64,000 nucleotides of DNA from Escherichia phage UoN_LG358_1: sequence record OK570374; one strand, given 5' to 3'. Below the pieces are notes generated by a model that worked only from the letters and a program-made list of their open reading frames with translations, had not been told where the DNA came from and did not search any database. Both the position numbers and the translations under genes were made by a program. Shown here piece after piece: positions 45,645 to 55,531 of the stretch. Position 1 is the stretch's first letter; every line of letters begins with the position of its first letter.

Positions 45645-45673
45645 AAAGAAAAGAGGGACCGCTAGGGTCCCTC
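45645..45673 (-). terminator. Rho-independent terminator after nrdH
   Basis: GAGGGACC-GCTA-GGGTCCCTC hairpin plus T-run (minus strand). Confidence 0.6.
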
Positions 45674-45725
45674 GGATTTAAAGTCAATATATTATATTAG
45701 AATGATGCAAGAATGGGATAGAGTA

Positions 45726-46037
45726 TCACTCTTCGTCCAGGTTATAACCTAAGACGCTAAGTTGTTCTAATAGGTGGGATTTGTTGCGTATTCTTTGGTT
45801 GTTCAAAAAGACGATAGGATATCGTAGAGCTAAACTCGGATAACTACCTACACGTTTAGCCGCTTCAGTAATTCGGTCTCTGTCGTAGACAAATCCAACT
45901 TCGTTTTCGTTTGGAATTATTACATCGTAAAAAGCATAAGGGATATTTTCATCATCCAAAGTTTTACGAATTGAATAGCAGGCCGGACACCGGCCTACTG
46001 TCTCAGGAATTCCGTATATTTCTATTTTTGCAGACAT
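45726..46037 (-). CDS. nrdH: Glutaredoxin-like protein (NrdH-type)
   Basis: 103 aa with CPAC redox motif; adjacent to the anaerobic RNR genes. Confidence 0.65.
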   Translation of the reverse strand: MSAKIEIYGIPETVGRCPACYSIRKTLDDENIPYAFYDVIIPNENEVGFVYDRDRITEAAKRVGSYPSLALRYPIVFLNNQRIRNKSHLLEQLSVLGYNLDEE

Positions 46038-46483
46038 CTTATTTCTTCAATAAGCGCTTCAATTTGTTTAAGTTTATCTTCAATTGAAGCTTTGGAGGTT
46101 GATTCAATTATGTATTTCTCGTCAACTTCATATAGAACATCTTTGTCGTAGAAGTTGAATAAACAGCTTTGGTCAAAATCGTCCGCGTCAAAAATACGCT
46201 TATCATGACTAAGAATTCTCATGACTTCAGCATGTTCACCATACCCATTTAATTCTAGTACTTTGAATGCGCCGCCCTTGAGCTCGTCATAAAGTTTTTC
46301 ATCACCTTTAGCCCGGCCCGCAGATAACCATTTGCTTACTTCCGCCGGGTTATAAGCGTACCATTGACCTGCTTTGAATTCAGTAATCATATTAATATTG
46401 TCCAAAGAAAATGAAAGCATAAAGAGCAGGGAACTCTTCACCAAAACGCTCAATGTAACTGTACATGTACACTTGAAGTTCAT
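46022..46483 (-). CDS. Hypothetical protein (start uncertain)
   Basis: ORF between nrdG and nrdH; the first ATG overlaps the nrdG stop (ATGA). Confidence 0.35.
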   Translation of the reverse strand: MNFKCTCTVTLSVLVKSSLLFMLSFSLDNINMITEFKAGQWYAYNPAEVSKWLSAGRAKGDEKLYDELKGGAFKVLELNGYGEHAEVMRILSHDKRIFDADDFDQSCLFNFYDKDVLYEVDEKYIIESTSKASIEDKLKQIEALIEEIRCLQK

Positions 46484-46971
46484 GAATCCAAGGATAGTGA
46501 ATCTGCATTTAACCATTCCTCATTGTGTTGTTTCCATAGCCGCTGGTTATCTGAACCACGCCATGGCTTATCAGTTGGGTTATCTTGTTCATATTTACCA
46601 TCAATAATAACATCAATGTATTTTAGCAATTCAAGGTGCTTGATGTCTTCAAACTTGTAACCAGTCCACATCCAGATATCTTTTTTGGGAAAACGCGCTT
46701 TAACCCATTTAACTAGAGCTTCAATATCTTCTCTGTTGCCTCGATAAAGAGGGTCTCCTCCAGTAAGAGTAAGTCCTTGGATGTATGGTTTTGAAAGATG
46801 CTCTGCGATTTCTTTTACTGTATTAGAGTTAAATGTCTCACCGTTGCAAGGGTTCCAAGTGCTTTTATTATAGCATCCTTGGCATTTATGAATACAACCC
46901 GTAACGAAAAGAACGACCCTGCAACCAGGGCCATTCACAAAATCGCATGGATAAATTCTATCATATTTCAA
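46480..46971 (-). CDS. nrdG: Anaerobic ribonucleotide reductase activating protein (radical SAM)
   Basis: 163 aa; CDFVNGPGCRVVLFVTGCIHKCQGCYNKSTW cysteine cluster. Confidence 0.9.
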   Translation of the reverse strand: MKYDRIYPCDFVNGPGCRVVLFVTGCIHKCQGCYNKSTWNPCNGETFNSNTVKEIAEHLSKPYIQGLTLTGGDPLYRGNREDIEALVKWVKARFPKKDIWMWTGYKFEDIKHLELLKYIDVIIDGKYEQDNPTDKPWRGSDNQRLWKQHNEEWLNADSLSLDS

Positions 46972-48784
46972 TGTGTTTTGTCCTATGCATGATTTCTTTA
47001 TTCTTACCTAGGTTAAATCCTCGATCAGAAGGATTACCGAGATATCCGCAAGTCCTTCTAATAGTATTCATCTTCTTAGGATTAGTCTCGCCACAAACAG
47101 TACATTCAAATCCGTTTTCAGTTGGTTTCATTTCATGAGTTGACCCGCAACTCAAACATTTATCAACTGGCATATTAACACCAAAATAATCCAGTTTTTC
47201 TACAGCATAATCCCAGACTGCTTCAAGAGCTTGAATATTTCTCTTCATATCAGGCAATTCAACATAAGATATGTGTCCACCCTTTGCAATGAAGTGGTAT
47301 TTTGCTTCTCGGTCAATTTTTTCAAATGGAGAAATTTTTTCTTCAACTGAAACATGGAAGCTATTAGTATACCATCCTTTGTCGGTTACGCCTTTGACTA
47401 TTCCGTGTTCGGCTGCGTCAATTTTACAGAAACGATAACATAACGATTCTGCCGGGGTACTATAAAGGCTAAAAGCATATCCTGTTTCTTCGGTCCATTC
47501 GCGGAGATAATCATTCATGTGTTTAAGCACTAATTCACCGATGCCTTTGTAGGTCATTAGTTCAAGCTCGTGAATTCCGATATATCCAAGCGAAATAGAA
47601 CTTCTACCATTTTTAAACAACTCAATGATTTCATCATCCGGTTTCATTCGAACGCCAAAAGCTCCTTCTTGATACAGAATCGGAGCCACAGAAGCTTTTA
47701 CACCTTTTAACGATTCAATACGAAGCAGCAGCGCGTCTTTACAAATCTTCATTCGGCAGTCTAGTAGATGCATGAGCATGTTTAAATCTGTTTTGCCGTT
47801 GACCTGAGAATCCAAAGCTATACGAGGAAGATTTAATGTAACAACACCTAAATTATTGCGTCCGTCAAGAATAAATTTACCATCGGAATTTTTCCATGCG
47901 CTCAAAAAGCTTCTGCACCCCATTGGAGATACAGGAATAGGAGAACCAGTAATCTTACGATTATTTTTGGCGCTAATAATATCGGGATACATTCGCTTAG
48001 AAGCGCATTCTAAAGCTAGTTGTTTGATATCATAATTTGGGTCTTCACTGTGGAGATTTAAACCTTCTTCAACGAACATAACCAATTTAGGAAAAATTGG
48101 AGTAATTCCATGACGACCTAATCCTCGAATACGATTTTTAAGAATAGCTTGTTGAATTAGTTTTTCTTCCCAAGATGTCCCCATACCAAATGTAATGGTA
48201 ACGAAAGGCGTTTGGCCGTTAGAGCTGAAAAGTGTATTAACTTCATATTCATATCCTTGAAAAGCATCGAATACATCTTTTTCTGTTTTCTCTTGAGCAT
48301 ATAATTCAGCGTCCGTAATATGATATCGGCGAGCGTCTTCGATATGTTTGTTGAAAGTTGCTTCTACATAAGGAGCTAGTACTTGGTCAACATTAGCAAA
48401 TGTAGTTCCACCATATTGATGAGAAGCTACTTGAGCTGTAATTTGAGCCATTACGGCAGTTGCTACACCGATTGAATTTGATGTTTCAATTTCAGCATTA
48501 CCGAGTTTAAACCCATTTTGAAGCATTCCGGCTAAATCTACTAAGCAACAGTTAGTAAACGGAAGCGATGGTGAATAATCCATGTCATGAAAATGGATAA
48601 TTCCTTTATCATGAGCATCTAGTATAGAGACTGGAATGACCTTACGGGCGACATGTTTAGAAACAATGCCGGCCATAAGGTCACGTTGGGTGGGAAATAC
48701 CCGCGAATCTTTATTCGCGTTTTCATTTAAAAGGTCTGTATTAGTTCTGTCAAACAGACCTTTGATTTCGGTTTCAATTGTCAT
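46961..48784 (-). CDS. nrdD: Anaerobic ribonucleoside-triphosphate reductase NrdD (uninterrupted)
   Basis: 607 aa; C-terminal glycyl-radical motif RRTCGYLGNP and Zn-ribbon CLSCG..CTVCG; no intron-like interruption. Confidence 0.92.
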   Translation of the reverse strand: MTIETEIKGLFDRTNTDLLNENANKDSRVFPTQRDLMAGIVSKHVARKVIPVSILDAHDKGIIHFHDMDYSPSLPFTNCCLVDLAGMLQNGFKLGNAEIETSNSIGVATAVMAQITAQVASHQYGGTTFANVDQVLAPYVEATFNKHIEDARRYHITDAELYAQEKTEKDVFDAFQGYEYEVNTLFSSNGQTPFVTITFGMGTSWEEKLIQQAILKNRIRGLGRHGITPIFPKLVMFVEEGLNLHSEDPNYDIKQLALECASKRMYPDIISAKNNRKITGSPIPVSPMGCRSFLSAWKNSDGKFILDGRNNLGVVTLNLPRIALDSQVNGKTDLNMLMHLLDCRMKICKDALLLRIESLKGVKASVAPILYQEGAFGVRMKPDDEIIELFKNGRSSISLGYIGIHELELMTYKGIGELVLKHMNDYLREWTEETGYAFSLYSTPAESLCYRFCKIDAAEHGIVKGVTDKGWYTNSFHVSVEEKISPFEKIDREAKYHFIAKGGHISYVELPDMKRNIQALEAVWDYAVEKLDYFGVNMPVDKCLSCGSTHEMKPTENGFECTVCGETNPKKMNTIRRTCGYLGNPSDRGFNLGKNKEIMHRTKHIEI

Positions 48785-49866
48785 TTTAAGCCTTTCTTTA
48801 AATAATAGACATAATCTTCAAGCCATTCTATTGTCAATAGAATTTCTTCGGGGCTTTTTAAATTAGCCTTTATTTCTTTAAAAGAATTTGTCATTATTTT
48901 AGAAGTATGTTCAATTTTAATAGTTTCTACTAAATTTAAAGTCGAAAGTCTCTCAATGTAAGACTTTTTATCTTCAATTTGTAATTTAATAATCTCGCCA
49001 GATTTAACAAATTTAGAACAGCTTCCACGATTAGAACCAAAGAATTCTTCGACTTCGGAATTTGACGCAAACTTTTTACCAGTTTCCACATGTTGAAACT
49101 TCCATCGCTGACGTCGAATTGAAGGATGTAGTGTCCATCGATCTTTTATAATATCAAGTTTTCCATTTAATAAATTTGTAATATGAGACGATGAAATATC
49201 ATTTTTTCTTGCAAATTCAGCTTGATTTATTACTTCGATTTCGCACGAATTTAGTTCATCCCAAATTTTAAATTTAGAAACAGAATGATACACTGATAAT
49301 TTTTCTTCCTTTGAGCGACCAAATTGCCAGCCAGAATCTAAATACTTTTGAACATCATCGGGTTTAACATATTTGGTTTTTTGACCAATTTTATACATCA
49401 TCGGCCATGAAACATGCTCATTTCCTTTGTCAAAATTCATCCATCGAGCAATATCTTCTTCTGTTAAATCATCGAAGCAGTTAGGGTTAAAATGCCCGCC
49501 AATTTGTTTGTTTAACCACATAGGGTCTCGTAATACGTCATTAGCAAGTTGCATTTCCATTTCAGCCATTAAAGTTTTACCCCAAGTTGGATACCATCCA
49601 ACAATTAGATATTCTTTAGGCTTTATACCATTTTCCAACATCGAATTCAATTCATTTGATGAAGATGTATAAGTCTTCCAATCTGATTCTTCAAATCCTT
49701 TTTTAGGACCGCGTTTAAACGTTGAAGGGGCAGCTTTAATTCTTTTCCAAATCTTTTTAGCGCCTACATACTTTTTACCGTCTTCAAACGTGATTACATA
49801 AACAAATCCAATATTATTTTTAATATCTGTTTCTTCAAAAACAGACCAATGACCATAATCTGACAT
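48781..49866 (-). CDS. Free-standing GIY-YIG homing endonuclease (Seg-like) upstream of nrdD
   Basis: 361 aa; N-terminal GFVYVITFEDGKKYVGAKK (GIY...YVG) motif; basic C-terminal half; ATGA overlap with the nrdD start. Confidence 0.75.
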   Translation of the reverse strand: MSDYGHWSVFEETDIKNNIGFVYVITFEDGKKYVGAKKIWKRIKAAPSTFKRGPKKGFEESDWKTYTSSSNELNSMLENGIKPKEYLIVGWYPTWGKTLMAEMEMQLANDVLRDPMWLNKQIGGHFNPNCFDDLTEEDIARWMNFDKGNEHVSWPMMYKIGQKTKYVKPDDVQKYLDSGWQFGRSKEEKLSVYHSVSKFKIWDELNSCEIEVINQAEFARKNDISSSHITNLLNGKLDIIKDRWTLHPSIRRQRWKFQHVETGKKFASNSEVEEFFGSNRGSCSKFVKSGEIIKLQIEDKKSYIERLSTLNLVETIKIEHTSKIMTNSFKEIKANLKSPEEILLTIEWLEDYVYYLKKGLK

Positions 49867-49896
49867 TATAAATACATCCTTTTTACTAATATTATG

Positions 49897-49904
49897 ATGT
49901 ATTT
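49897..49904 (-). promoter_or_regulatory. Possible T4-type late promoter (TATAAATA on minus strand)
   Basis: Plus-strand tatttata about 30 nt upstream of the GIY-YIG start codon. Confidence 0.4.
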
Positions 49905-49932
49905 ATACAATAAGCTAAACCATTAATTTATC

Positions 49933-50097
49933 TCAATTATATAGCCAATATGTCCTTGCCCATTTCTTACGGTTTCGGATTTGAGTTTTAGTCGGCTTAG
50001 TAGAGAACCACCAGGAAATTTTATATCCATCGTCAAAATCAAAAATTAGATGCCATTTAGACATCTGATTTGATACATACTTTAATTCAGTTTTCAT
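49933..50097 (-). CDS. Possible 54-aa protein (weak)
   Basis: Short ORF with Trp-rich C-terminus; no clear SD. Confidence 0.25.
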   Translation of the reverse strand: MKTELKYVSNQMSKWHLIFDFDDGYKISWWFSTKPTKTQIRNRKKWARTYWLYN

Positions 50098-50104
50098 TTA
50101 AATA

Positions 50105-50524
50105 CTAGCTGGAAAAAGATAGCTGTTTTTCTAGAGCTCGAATATAATCCGCTGCTGCTTGCATTATATTAGCTTCATACCCATTAACACGGATTTTCGC
50201 GGCTTCAAGATGGTCTGTTATTGGTTGTCCGTCGTCAAAAAATCCTAAAGTAACCGCTGGAAATAAATCAGAATCATATTCTTCGATTTCTTTAAGTTGA
50301 TACATACCGTCTTCACAGTAAAAACACCAGAACCAACTATCGCGAGCGTTAATATGAAGATAAGGGCCGTTTTTAATTTTGACAGAAGTGATACCGTCTT
50401 CATGGCCGTTTTCTTTGTCAACAGTAATAACTTTAAAAACAGTTCCGACTTTCATTTCAGGAAATTGTTCCAGAAGTTCTTCATCGTCTTCAATAATTTC
50501 AAAAACTTTATTCACTAAACTCAT
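50105..50524 (-). CDS. Hypothetical acidic protein
   Basis: 139 aa from ATG at 50524 (1 nt after the upstream stop); track start is TTG. Confidence 0.45.
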   Translation of the reverse strand: MSLVNKVFEIIEDDEELLEQFPEMKVGTVFKVITVDKENGHEDGITSVKIKNGPYLHINARDSWFWCFYCEDGMYQLKEIEEYDSDLFPAVTLGFFDDGQPITDHLEAAKIRVNGYEANIMQAAADYIRALEKQLSFSS

Positions 50525-50525
50525 A

Positions 50526-50885
50526 TTAAATTCCATCACTTTTAGTATTAGGAGTATCAAATAATGATATTACACAATCCGGATTTCCAGTTATATGACA
50601 GCTTGTAAACAGTGCCCAACGGCTTAAAGCCCATTTACCTAAAATAATTTTAGACCTTTTGTTGGATTCTTCAACGCTGAGAGTCATATTAAGTCTTGGA
50701 AAATAAACAGAAGTGATACCAGTGATTTCTCCAGTGTCAGTAAAACTTGTGTAGCATTTGGAAATAACAAGTTCATCACCAGGGATAACACCCATATCTC
50801 TGAAATAGTCTATCACATCTCCAAGCTCATGCTTGACTTTAAAAACTTCCGGTTTTACTGTAAGTTTAAGTCCAGTTAAATTCAT
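50526..50885 (-). CDS. Hypothetical protein
   Basis: 119-aa ORF; GAGGG SD. Confidence 0.45.
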   Translation of the reverse strand: MNLTGLKLTVKPEVFKVKHELGDVIDYFRDMGVIPGDELVISKCYTSFTDTGEITGITSVYFPRLNMTLSVEESNKRSKIILGKWALSRWALFTSCHITGNPDCVISLFDTPNTKSDGI

Positions 50886-51008
50886 TATTACCCTCGAAAT
50901 CTAATATCTCATTCATCATGGGTTCATTATAACATGGTTCTTCATCCGTGTAAACTGGTTCTTCCGGTTCTGGCTCGACGGTTTCCCATCTGGCGGCCCA
51001 CCAAGGTT

Positions 51009-51317
51009 TTATAGTTCCACCCATTCTGTAATTGTCCTCGTTACAACACGTTCGTGTTTCTCAACAAGCGAAACATTTGGAGTAATATAGTACCAGTCAG
51101 AATGGTACGAGCCTGAACGAGTTTCATTTACGGCGATATAAACGTCATGTTTTGTAGAATAATAAACTGATTGACGATATTGATATTTGTGCTCTTGAAC
51201 CCAGTCTTTGGTTTCCACTTCTTCAAGATATTCAGAATCGTCAAAATCATAATGCTCGTAATAACCATCATGGTCTTTCATGATTTCTTTAAGAATAGCA
51301 GTTTGTTCAGGAGTCAT
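51009..51317 (-). CDS. Hypothetical protein
   Basis: 102-aa ORF; GAGGT SD. Confidence 0.45.
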   Translation of the reverse strand: MTPEQTAILKEIMKDHDGYYEHYDFDDSEYLEEVETKDWVQEHKYQYRQSVYYSTKHDVYIAVNETRSGSYHSDWYYITPNVSLVEKHERVVTRTITEWVEL

Positions 51318-51477
51318 TATTTACCTCGTAGACGGTTAAGCTGTTCGTCATCAGCCCAGCTCTCAAGTCCAGATGGCAAATCGCATTCAATTTGCCAAAG
51401 TAACTCTTCAACTTCATAAAGTCTAAATAGTTCTTCTTGTTTAATAACTGCTTCGTCATCGTTCAATTCGATTGTTT

Positions 51478-51669
51478 TCATTGCAATGTCCACATAAATT
51501 TGAAAAGATTTTCTTGGACTACAGCATCATCCCAGCCCCAAACATTAATGTCTTCTGCTAATTTGCTTGGAAGTACATCAAGAACTTGCTGAATACTAGG
51601 AGCTGATATACCAATTCTTTTAGCACATCGACTATAAGCAACTAAAAATTCGTCATAGTTATTAATCAT
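51478..51669 (-). CDS. Hypothetical small protein
   Basis: 63-aa ORF. Confidence 0.4.
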   Translation of the reverse strand: MINNYDEFLVAYSRCAKRIGISAPSIQQVLDVLPSKLAEDINVWGWDDAVVQENLFKFMWTLQ

Positions 51670-51889
51670 AAAGTTTCACCATACAATCACCGTATTTCCA
51701 CTTTGACATAACCTTTTCGCCGGTAGAGTAAGTTACTTCAACCTTAGCTCGGTGATTTTTTATTTGAACAATTCGGCCAGTTTCAAGACTGCCGTAGCCG
51801 TAATAAAGCGCAATTATATCATTAACGAAAAGCTCCTTTCCGCGATAATCACGCATATAATCTTGACCTTCAACCATGCATTCTATCAC
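51662..51889 (-). CDS. Hypothetical small protein
   Basis: 75-aa ORF overlapping its neighbours. Confidence 0.4.
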   Translation of the reverse strand: MIECMVEGQDYMRDYRGKELFVNDIIALYYGYGSLETGRIVQIKNHRAKVEVTYSTGEKVMSKWKYGDCMVKLYD

Positions 51890-52149
51890 CGAAAATACTC
51901 GCGCAATTTATCAAAACCACCAATATAACTTCCATCTGGAGCAAATATTTGCGGTACGGTAAGACCGATTTGTGTATCTCTTCCAAGACGAGTCAAAAGT
52001 TCAGCAATAATTTCATCGTCAAATACACCTTTTTCTGGCATGATATTGATGAATTCATATGGTTGTTTTTTAACATCCAGAAGACGTTTAGCGTTATCAC
52101 AGAATACGCATTTATGAATGTTGCTGTCGTAACCGAATACTTTGAACAT
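51886..52149 (-). CDS. nrdC: Thioredoxin/glutaredoxin NrdC
   Basis: 87 aa; near-identical to recalled T4 NrdC (MFKV.GYDSNIHKCV.CDNAKRLL.VKKQP.EFINIMPEKGVFDDE.IAELLT.LGRDTQIGLT.PQ.FAPDGS.IGGFD.LREYF). Confidence 0.88.
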   Translation of the reverse strand: MFKVFGYDSNIHKCVFCDNAKRLLDVKKQPYEFINIMPEKGVFDDEIIAELLTRLGRDTQIGLTVPQIFAPDGSYIGGFDKLREYFR

Positions 52150-52655
52150 TATTTTACCTCTACGGGGAATACTTGGGCCAATTTTGCAGCAATAGCTTTA
52201 TCAATAATTTCGCTAAAACTTTCGTTCAATCGAGAAACAATCATTTCTTCATATTGTCGTTCATTAATCTTGATTGCATCAGCGATATAATTTTCCATTC
52301 GTTTAGCTGCTGCGTCTACCGAGCTCACAAGTGAGTCCAAAAGTTGTTCATGCGCTATACGTTCAGCTTCTTCTTTCATCACTCGTTTGAGTTCAACTGT
52401 ACCCTTAACATTCCAGCCATTACGCTCAAAAAACTTCTCGAGCTCTTTGCGAACCGCATCTTCTACGTTAGGAATGTTAGAACCTTGAAAAGCAATTTCA
52501 GATTTAACTGCTTCCGTAATTTTATTTTTGGAGTCTTTAACAACAAGTTCTTTAACAATATTGTTAATCACAGATTGTTGTAAAGCAACTCGCATTGCAG
52601 AGCCTTCAGGGAACAACTGACGAACTGCGTGAGTATCTAATTTTAAATCAATCAT
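52149..52655 (-). CDS. Hypothetical protein
   Basis: 168-aa ORF, coiled-coil-like. Confidence 0.45.
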   Translation of the reverse strand: MIDLKLDTHAVRQLFPEGSAMRVALQQSVINNIVKELVVKDSKNKITEAVKSEIAFQGSNIPNVEDAVRKELEKFFERNGWNVKGTVELKRVMKEEAERIAHEQLLDSLVSSVDAAAKRMENYIADAIKINERQYEEMIVSRLNESFSEIIDKAIAAKLAQVFPVEVK

Positions 52656-52975
52656 TCTGTAATAACCTCATAATATGCGTCGATTGCTGCTACATGAATT
52701 TGGTCGGATATATTTTTATACGGATTTTTAGTAAATTTTTGATTTGCTTTATGTTTAAAATAAATTACATCAAAAGCTGTAGCCGCGTTAATACAGTTAT
52801 GAATAAAATTAATATCAGTTTTTTCGCCGGCGTCAATAGTGTGTTGTACAATAATTTCAGCGTGTAATTTACGAAGTTCTTTAAAAAGAGACTTCATTTC
52901 TTCTGATTCGCACATTGCGTCAGATGAACTAAAGGGATTCATAACTAACCTCAATGTCAAATTTACCAATTTCAC
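52652..52975 (-). CDS. Hypothetical protein
   Basis: 107-aa ORF. Confidence 0.4.
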   Translation of the reverse strand: MKLVNLTLRLVMNPFSSSDAMCESEEMKSLFKELRKLHAEIIVQHTIDAGEKTDINFIHNCINAATAFDVIYFKHKANQKFTKNPYKNISDQIHVAAIDAYYEVITE

Positions 52976-53156
52976 GAAAAATTAAATTCAACAAATCCTC
53001 TTCAGTAAAATTGGACGATGAGCAGCAACTAGCGAATAGATGAAGTTCATTATATTGTACACCGTCAATAACTACATCGTATCCCTCGGCTGAATTCCAG
53101 CAACCCAGATCGCAATCTCCACTATCAGCATACAGCTTAGTTACTTCAATTTTCAT
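52929..53156 (-). CDS. Hypothetical small acidic protein
   Basis: 75-aa ORF. Confidence 0.35.
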   Translation of the reverse strand: MKIEVTKLYADSGDCDLGCWNSAEGYDVVIDGVQYNELHLFASCCSSSNFTEEDLLNLIFREIGKFDIEVSYESL

Positions 53157-53341
53157 TTAGCACCTTTGTGTTTGCATTGACCACATGGCTCGTAATCATC
53201 AGAGCTTGTCTGAGTTGGTTTAGATGAAATGATAAGCTCACCATCGCCAATAGTTTCAATTAAATCTTTAATAATATTATCATCAATTGGTTGAACAGAA
53301 ACAAGTTGCTTAGCTAATTCGTTTGGATTAATTAGTTTCAT
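53153..53341 (-). CDS. Hypothetical small protein
   Basis: 62-aa ORF with C-terminal CGQCKHK. Confidence 0.35.
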   Translation of the reverse strand: MKLINPNELAKQLVSVQPIDDNIIKDLIETIGDGELIISSKPTQTSSDDYEPCGQCKHKGAK

Positions 53342-53561
53342 TTAACACCTTTGTAAATTTATGTTTGCATTTACGACATTTCATTTTAAGAACTTCAGTA
53401 TGCCAATCCACTAATTGGACTTGATTGGTTTCACATTTTGGACAAGGAGTAACTTGTTTCATGGACCGTTCACGACGGTCCGCCATTTCTAATACAGTAG
53501 TCCAATCAATTTCAAAATCTTCTTCGTCTTGAACTAAATCTTCTTTTAATTGGTTCCGCAT
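53328..53561 (-). CDS. Small zinc-ribbon protein
   Basis: 77 aa; CPKC...CRKC pattern. Confidence 0.4.
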   Translation of the reverse strand: MRNQLKEDLVQDEEDFEIDWTTVLEMADRRERSMKQVTPCPKCETNQVQLVDWHTEVLKMKCRKCKHKFTKVLNETN

Positions 53562-54535
53562 AATACTGCATTAGCCTCTTTCAGTTTCTGTGATTGTTCT
53601 TTAAGACGTTTAAGTTTTAAATTAGACTTCTTAATTTTATCACTTAAATCTTTTTGCACTGATACTTCTTTTTCAATTTCCACTTTAATTAGGTCAATAA
53701 AGTGCTGAATCTGATTAGAGACATGTGTTTCTACCAATACATCAGTTGTCTCAAACTGCATTGTCGGAGAAAATTTATTATAAACCACCGGATTATTAGC
53801 GTCAATGCGCCGTGAATAAGTTCCGCTAATAGTATCTTTCATGTCTTCAGTCTCTTTCAATTTGATATTAATTTTAATTCTTGTTTTACGTTTTGCATCA
53901 CCGTAGCTAATATCGGCATTAACATTTTCAACAACGTTCATATGCTTTAAACCGGCGGCAAGTTGTTCAGCTATAATTCTAGAAACAGTATCAGACTGCC
54001 CAATCATCATTTTAATTGAAAATTGAATATCATAATCTCTTAGAGGAGACATAGTTACTTCAGTTTGAACATATCTCAACCGGTTGATAAAACACTGAGA
54101 ATATTCATGAATTAACGTTTTACGGCCAAGTGTAATAATTTGTTTGTATTCACTCTTTAAAGCATTAATAAATTTGTATTTAAAAATTTCAGACTTTTCA
54201 CAAATAATTTTTCGTTCACTCGTTGAATTTCTTTCTTCGGTGAACATGTTTGATGCGCTTAATTCCATGAATGAGCGCAAGCGCATCACTGATGTGATAT
54301 ACGAAGTTATTTTACAACGAGTCACTTCTTGAAAAAATTCATCATATGTTTTAGTAGAATACAGATTGTAATTAAATTTGTTGAACAGAAAATTCAATAT
54401 TTTAGCGTCAAAACCTTTTGAAACTAAAACGTCAATATACTGTTGTATCTTAGTTTTATTTTCATAGCCAAAATCAAACGTTGGTTTCATGTATTCTTTC
54501 AAATCTGCTGCTGTTTTAATTTCTTCAAATTTCAT
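53546..54535 (-). CDS. Hypothetical protein
   Basis: 329 aa from MKFEEIK (GGAGA SD); the track N-terminal extension is rejected. Confidence 0.5.
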   Translation of the reverse strand: MKFEEIKTAADLKEYMKPTFDFGYENKTKIQQYIDVLVSKGFDAKILNFLFNKFNYNLYSTKTYDEFFQEVTRCKITSYITSVMRLRSFMELSASNMFTEERNSTSERKIICEKSEIFKYKFINALKSEYKQIITLGRKTLIHEYSQCFINRLRYVQTEVTMSPLRDYDIQFSIKMMIGQSDTVSRIIAEQLAAGLKHMNVVENVNADISYGDAKRKTRIKINIKLKETEDMKDTISGTYSRRIDANNPVVYNKFSPTMQFETTDVLVETHVSNQIQHFIDLIKVEIEKEVSVQKDLSDKIKKSNLKLKRLKEQSQKLKEANAVLCGTN

Positions 54536-54575
54536 TTCAATTATCTCCAGAACCCGTAAACCCATTATAACACTA

Positions 54576-55358
54576 TTAATTGGTAAGCATTTTAACAGCA
54601 GATGGGCGTTTATAAAAAGCGTGAGTATTGTCATCAACTGCTTTAGTAAAAGTAGCTTTGAACTCAATTTCGCCGCGATAATTTACATCAACTGCTCCAG
54701 GTAATGAACCATAAACAGTAGCTCCATTTTCAAGACGCACCATCATTTTAGCAGATACTCCCCAATAGTCTTGGTAAATTTTTGTTGAAACTACTCTGCC
54801 TTTTACTACTTGTTTTCCTTCAGGTGCTTCGCCTTTAGTTGCTTTAAGTTTATCGTAGTAAGCATTGAACCATTCTTCGGAGTATTTCTGAATTGCTTCA
54901 AGAATACTTTTATGGGCTCTAATTTCTGCCATCAAAACTGCAGTATTATCTTCAAGTTCCCAATGCTTATATGGTTCGCGGACTTCAATAGGGCATCCGT
55001 AAAGCTTGAGCTCATTAAGCATATCAGATGTTAAACGAAGTTTCCACCAGCCAAAATCTCCAGTGAATTCCGGCTTATCTAAAACATCGAGCTCAGTAAC
55101 ATACGGAAGGTAACTCCCTCCATGATAAGCTTCAACTTCGCCAAGTTCATTTTCCCAAAGATAACCGTCAAACGGAGCATGTGGACGGTCGTCAATTCCC
55201 CATGTTGGTGCAACCACCCTTTCAAATCCTTCGCGACTGTAGAGAGTCTTCGCCCATCCTGCATTCAATTCCTGAGCGTATTTTTCAACTTTCGCTCGGC
55301 GAGCAGCACGTGCTTTGCGATTTTCATCTAAGATTGAATTGATGATATCAGTTAACAT
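54576..55358 (-). CDS. Hypothetical protein
   Basis: 260-aa ORF following an early promoter. Confidence 0.5.
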   Translation of the reverse strand: MLTDIINSILDENRKARAARRAKVEKYAQELNAGWAKTLYSREGFERVVAPTWGIDDRPHAPFDGYLWENELGEVEAYHGGSYLPYVTELDVLDKPEFTGDFGWWKLRLTSDMLNELKLYGCPIEVREPYKHWELEDNTAVLMAEIRAHKSILEAIQKYSEEWFNAYYDKLKATKGEAPEGKQVVKGRVVSTKIYQDYWGVSAKMMVRLENGATVYGSLPGAVDVNYRGEIEFKATFTKAVDDNTHAFYKRPSAVKMLTN

Positions 55359-55387
55359 TTTAGTCTCCGTTAGTAGATTACGAGACT

Positions 55388-55419
55388 ATCATATACTAAA
55401 CTTAATTCGTTGTAAACGG
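55388..55419 (-). promoter_or_regulatory. T4-type early promoter
   Basis: gtaaac at 55413-55418; TAGTATAT -10 region. Confidence 0.45.
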
Positions 55420-55495
55420 TTGAAGTAAAAATTTTTGAATTCGCCAGAACGGTTGAGAGGAACTTTCTTAGGAAGGATGATTAATCATATTACGA
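55413..55495. repeat. Conserved ~85-bp promoter-upstream element, copy 2 (copy 1 at 3421-3500)
   Basis: See copy 1; followed at 55505-55523 by a GCCCC..GGGGC hairpin with T-run on the minus strand. Confidence 0.5.
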
Positions 55496-55531
55496 GGATA
55501 TAAAAATGCCCCAGCGAAGCCGGGGCGTACA

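Noticed and set aside
46961-48784. Group I intron or intein in nrdD or gene 43
   Set aside because: Both ORFs are continuous and of normal length with conserved termini; no intron-sized interruption or intein-like insert is visible.
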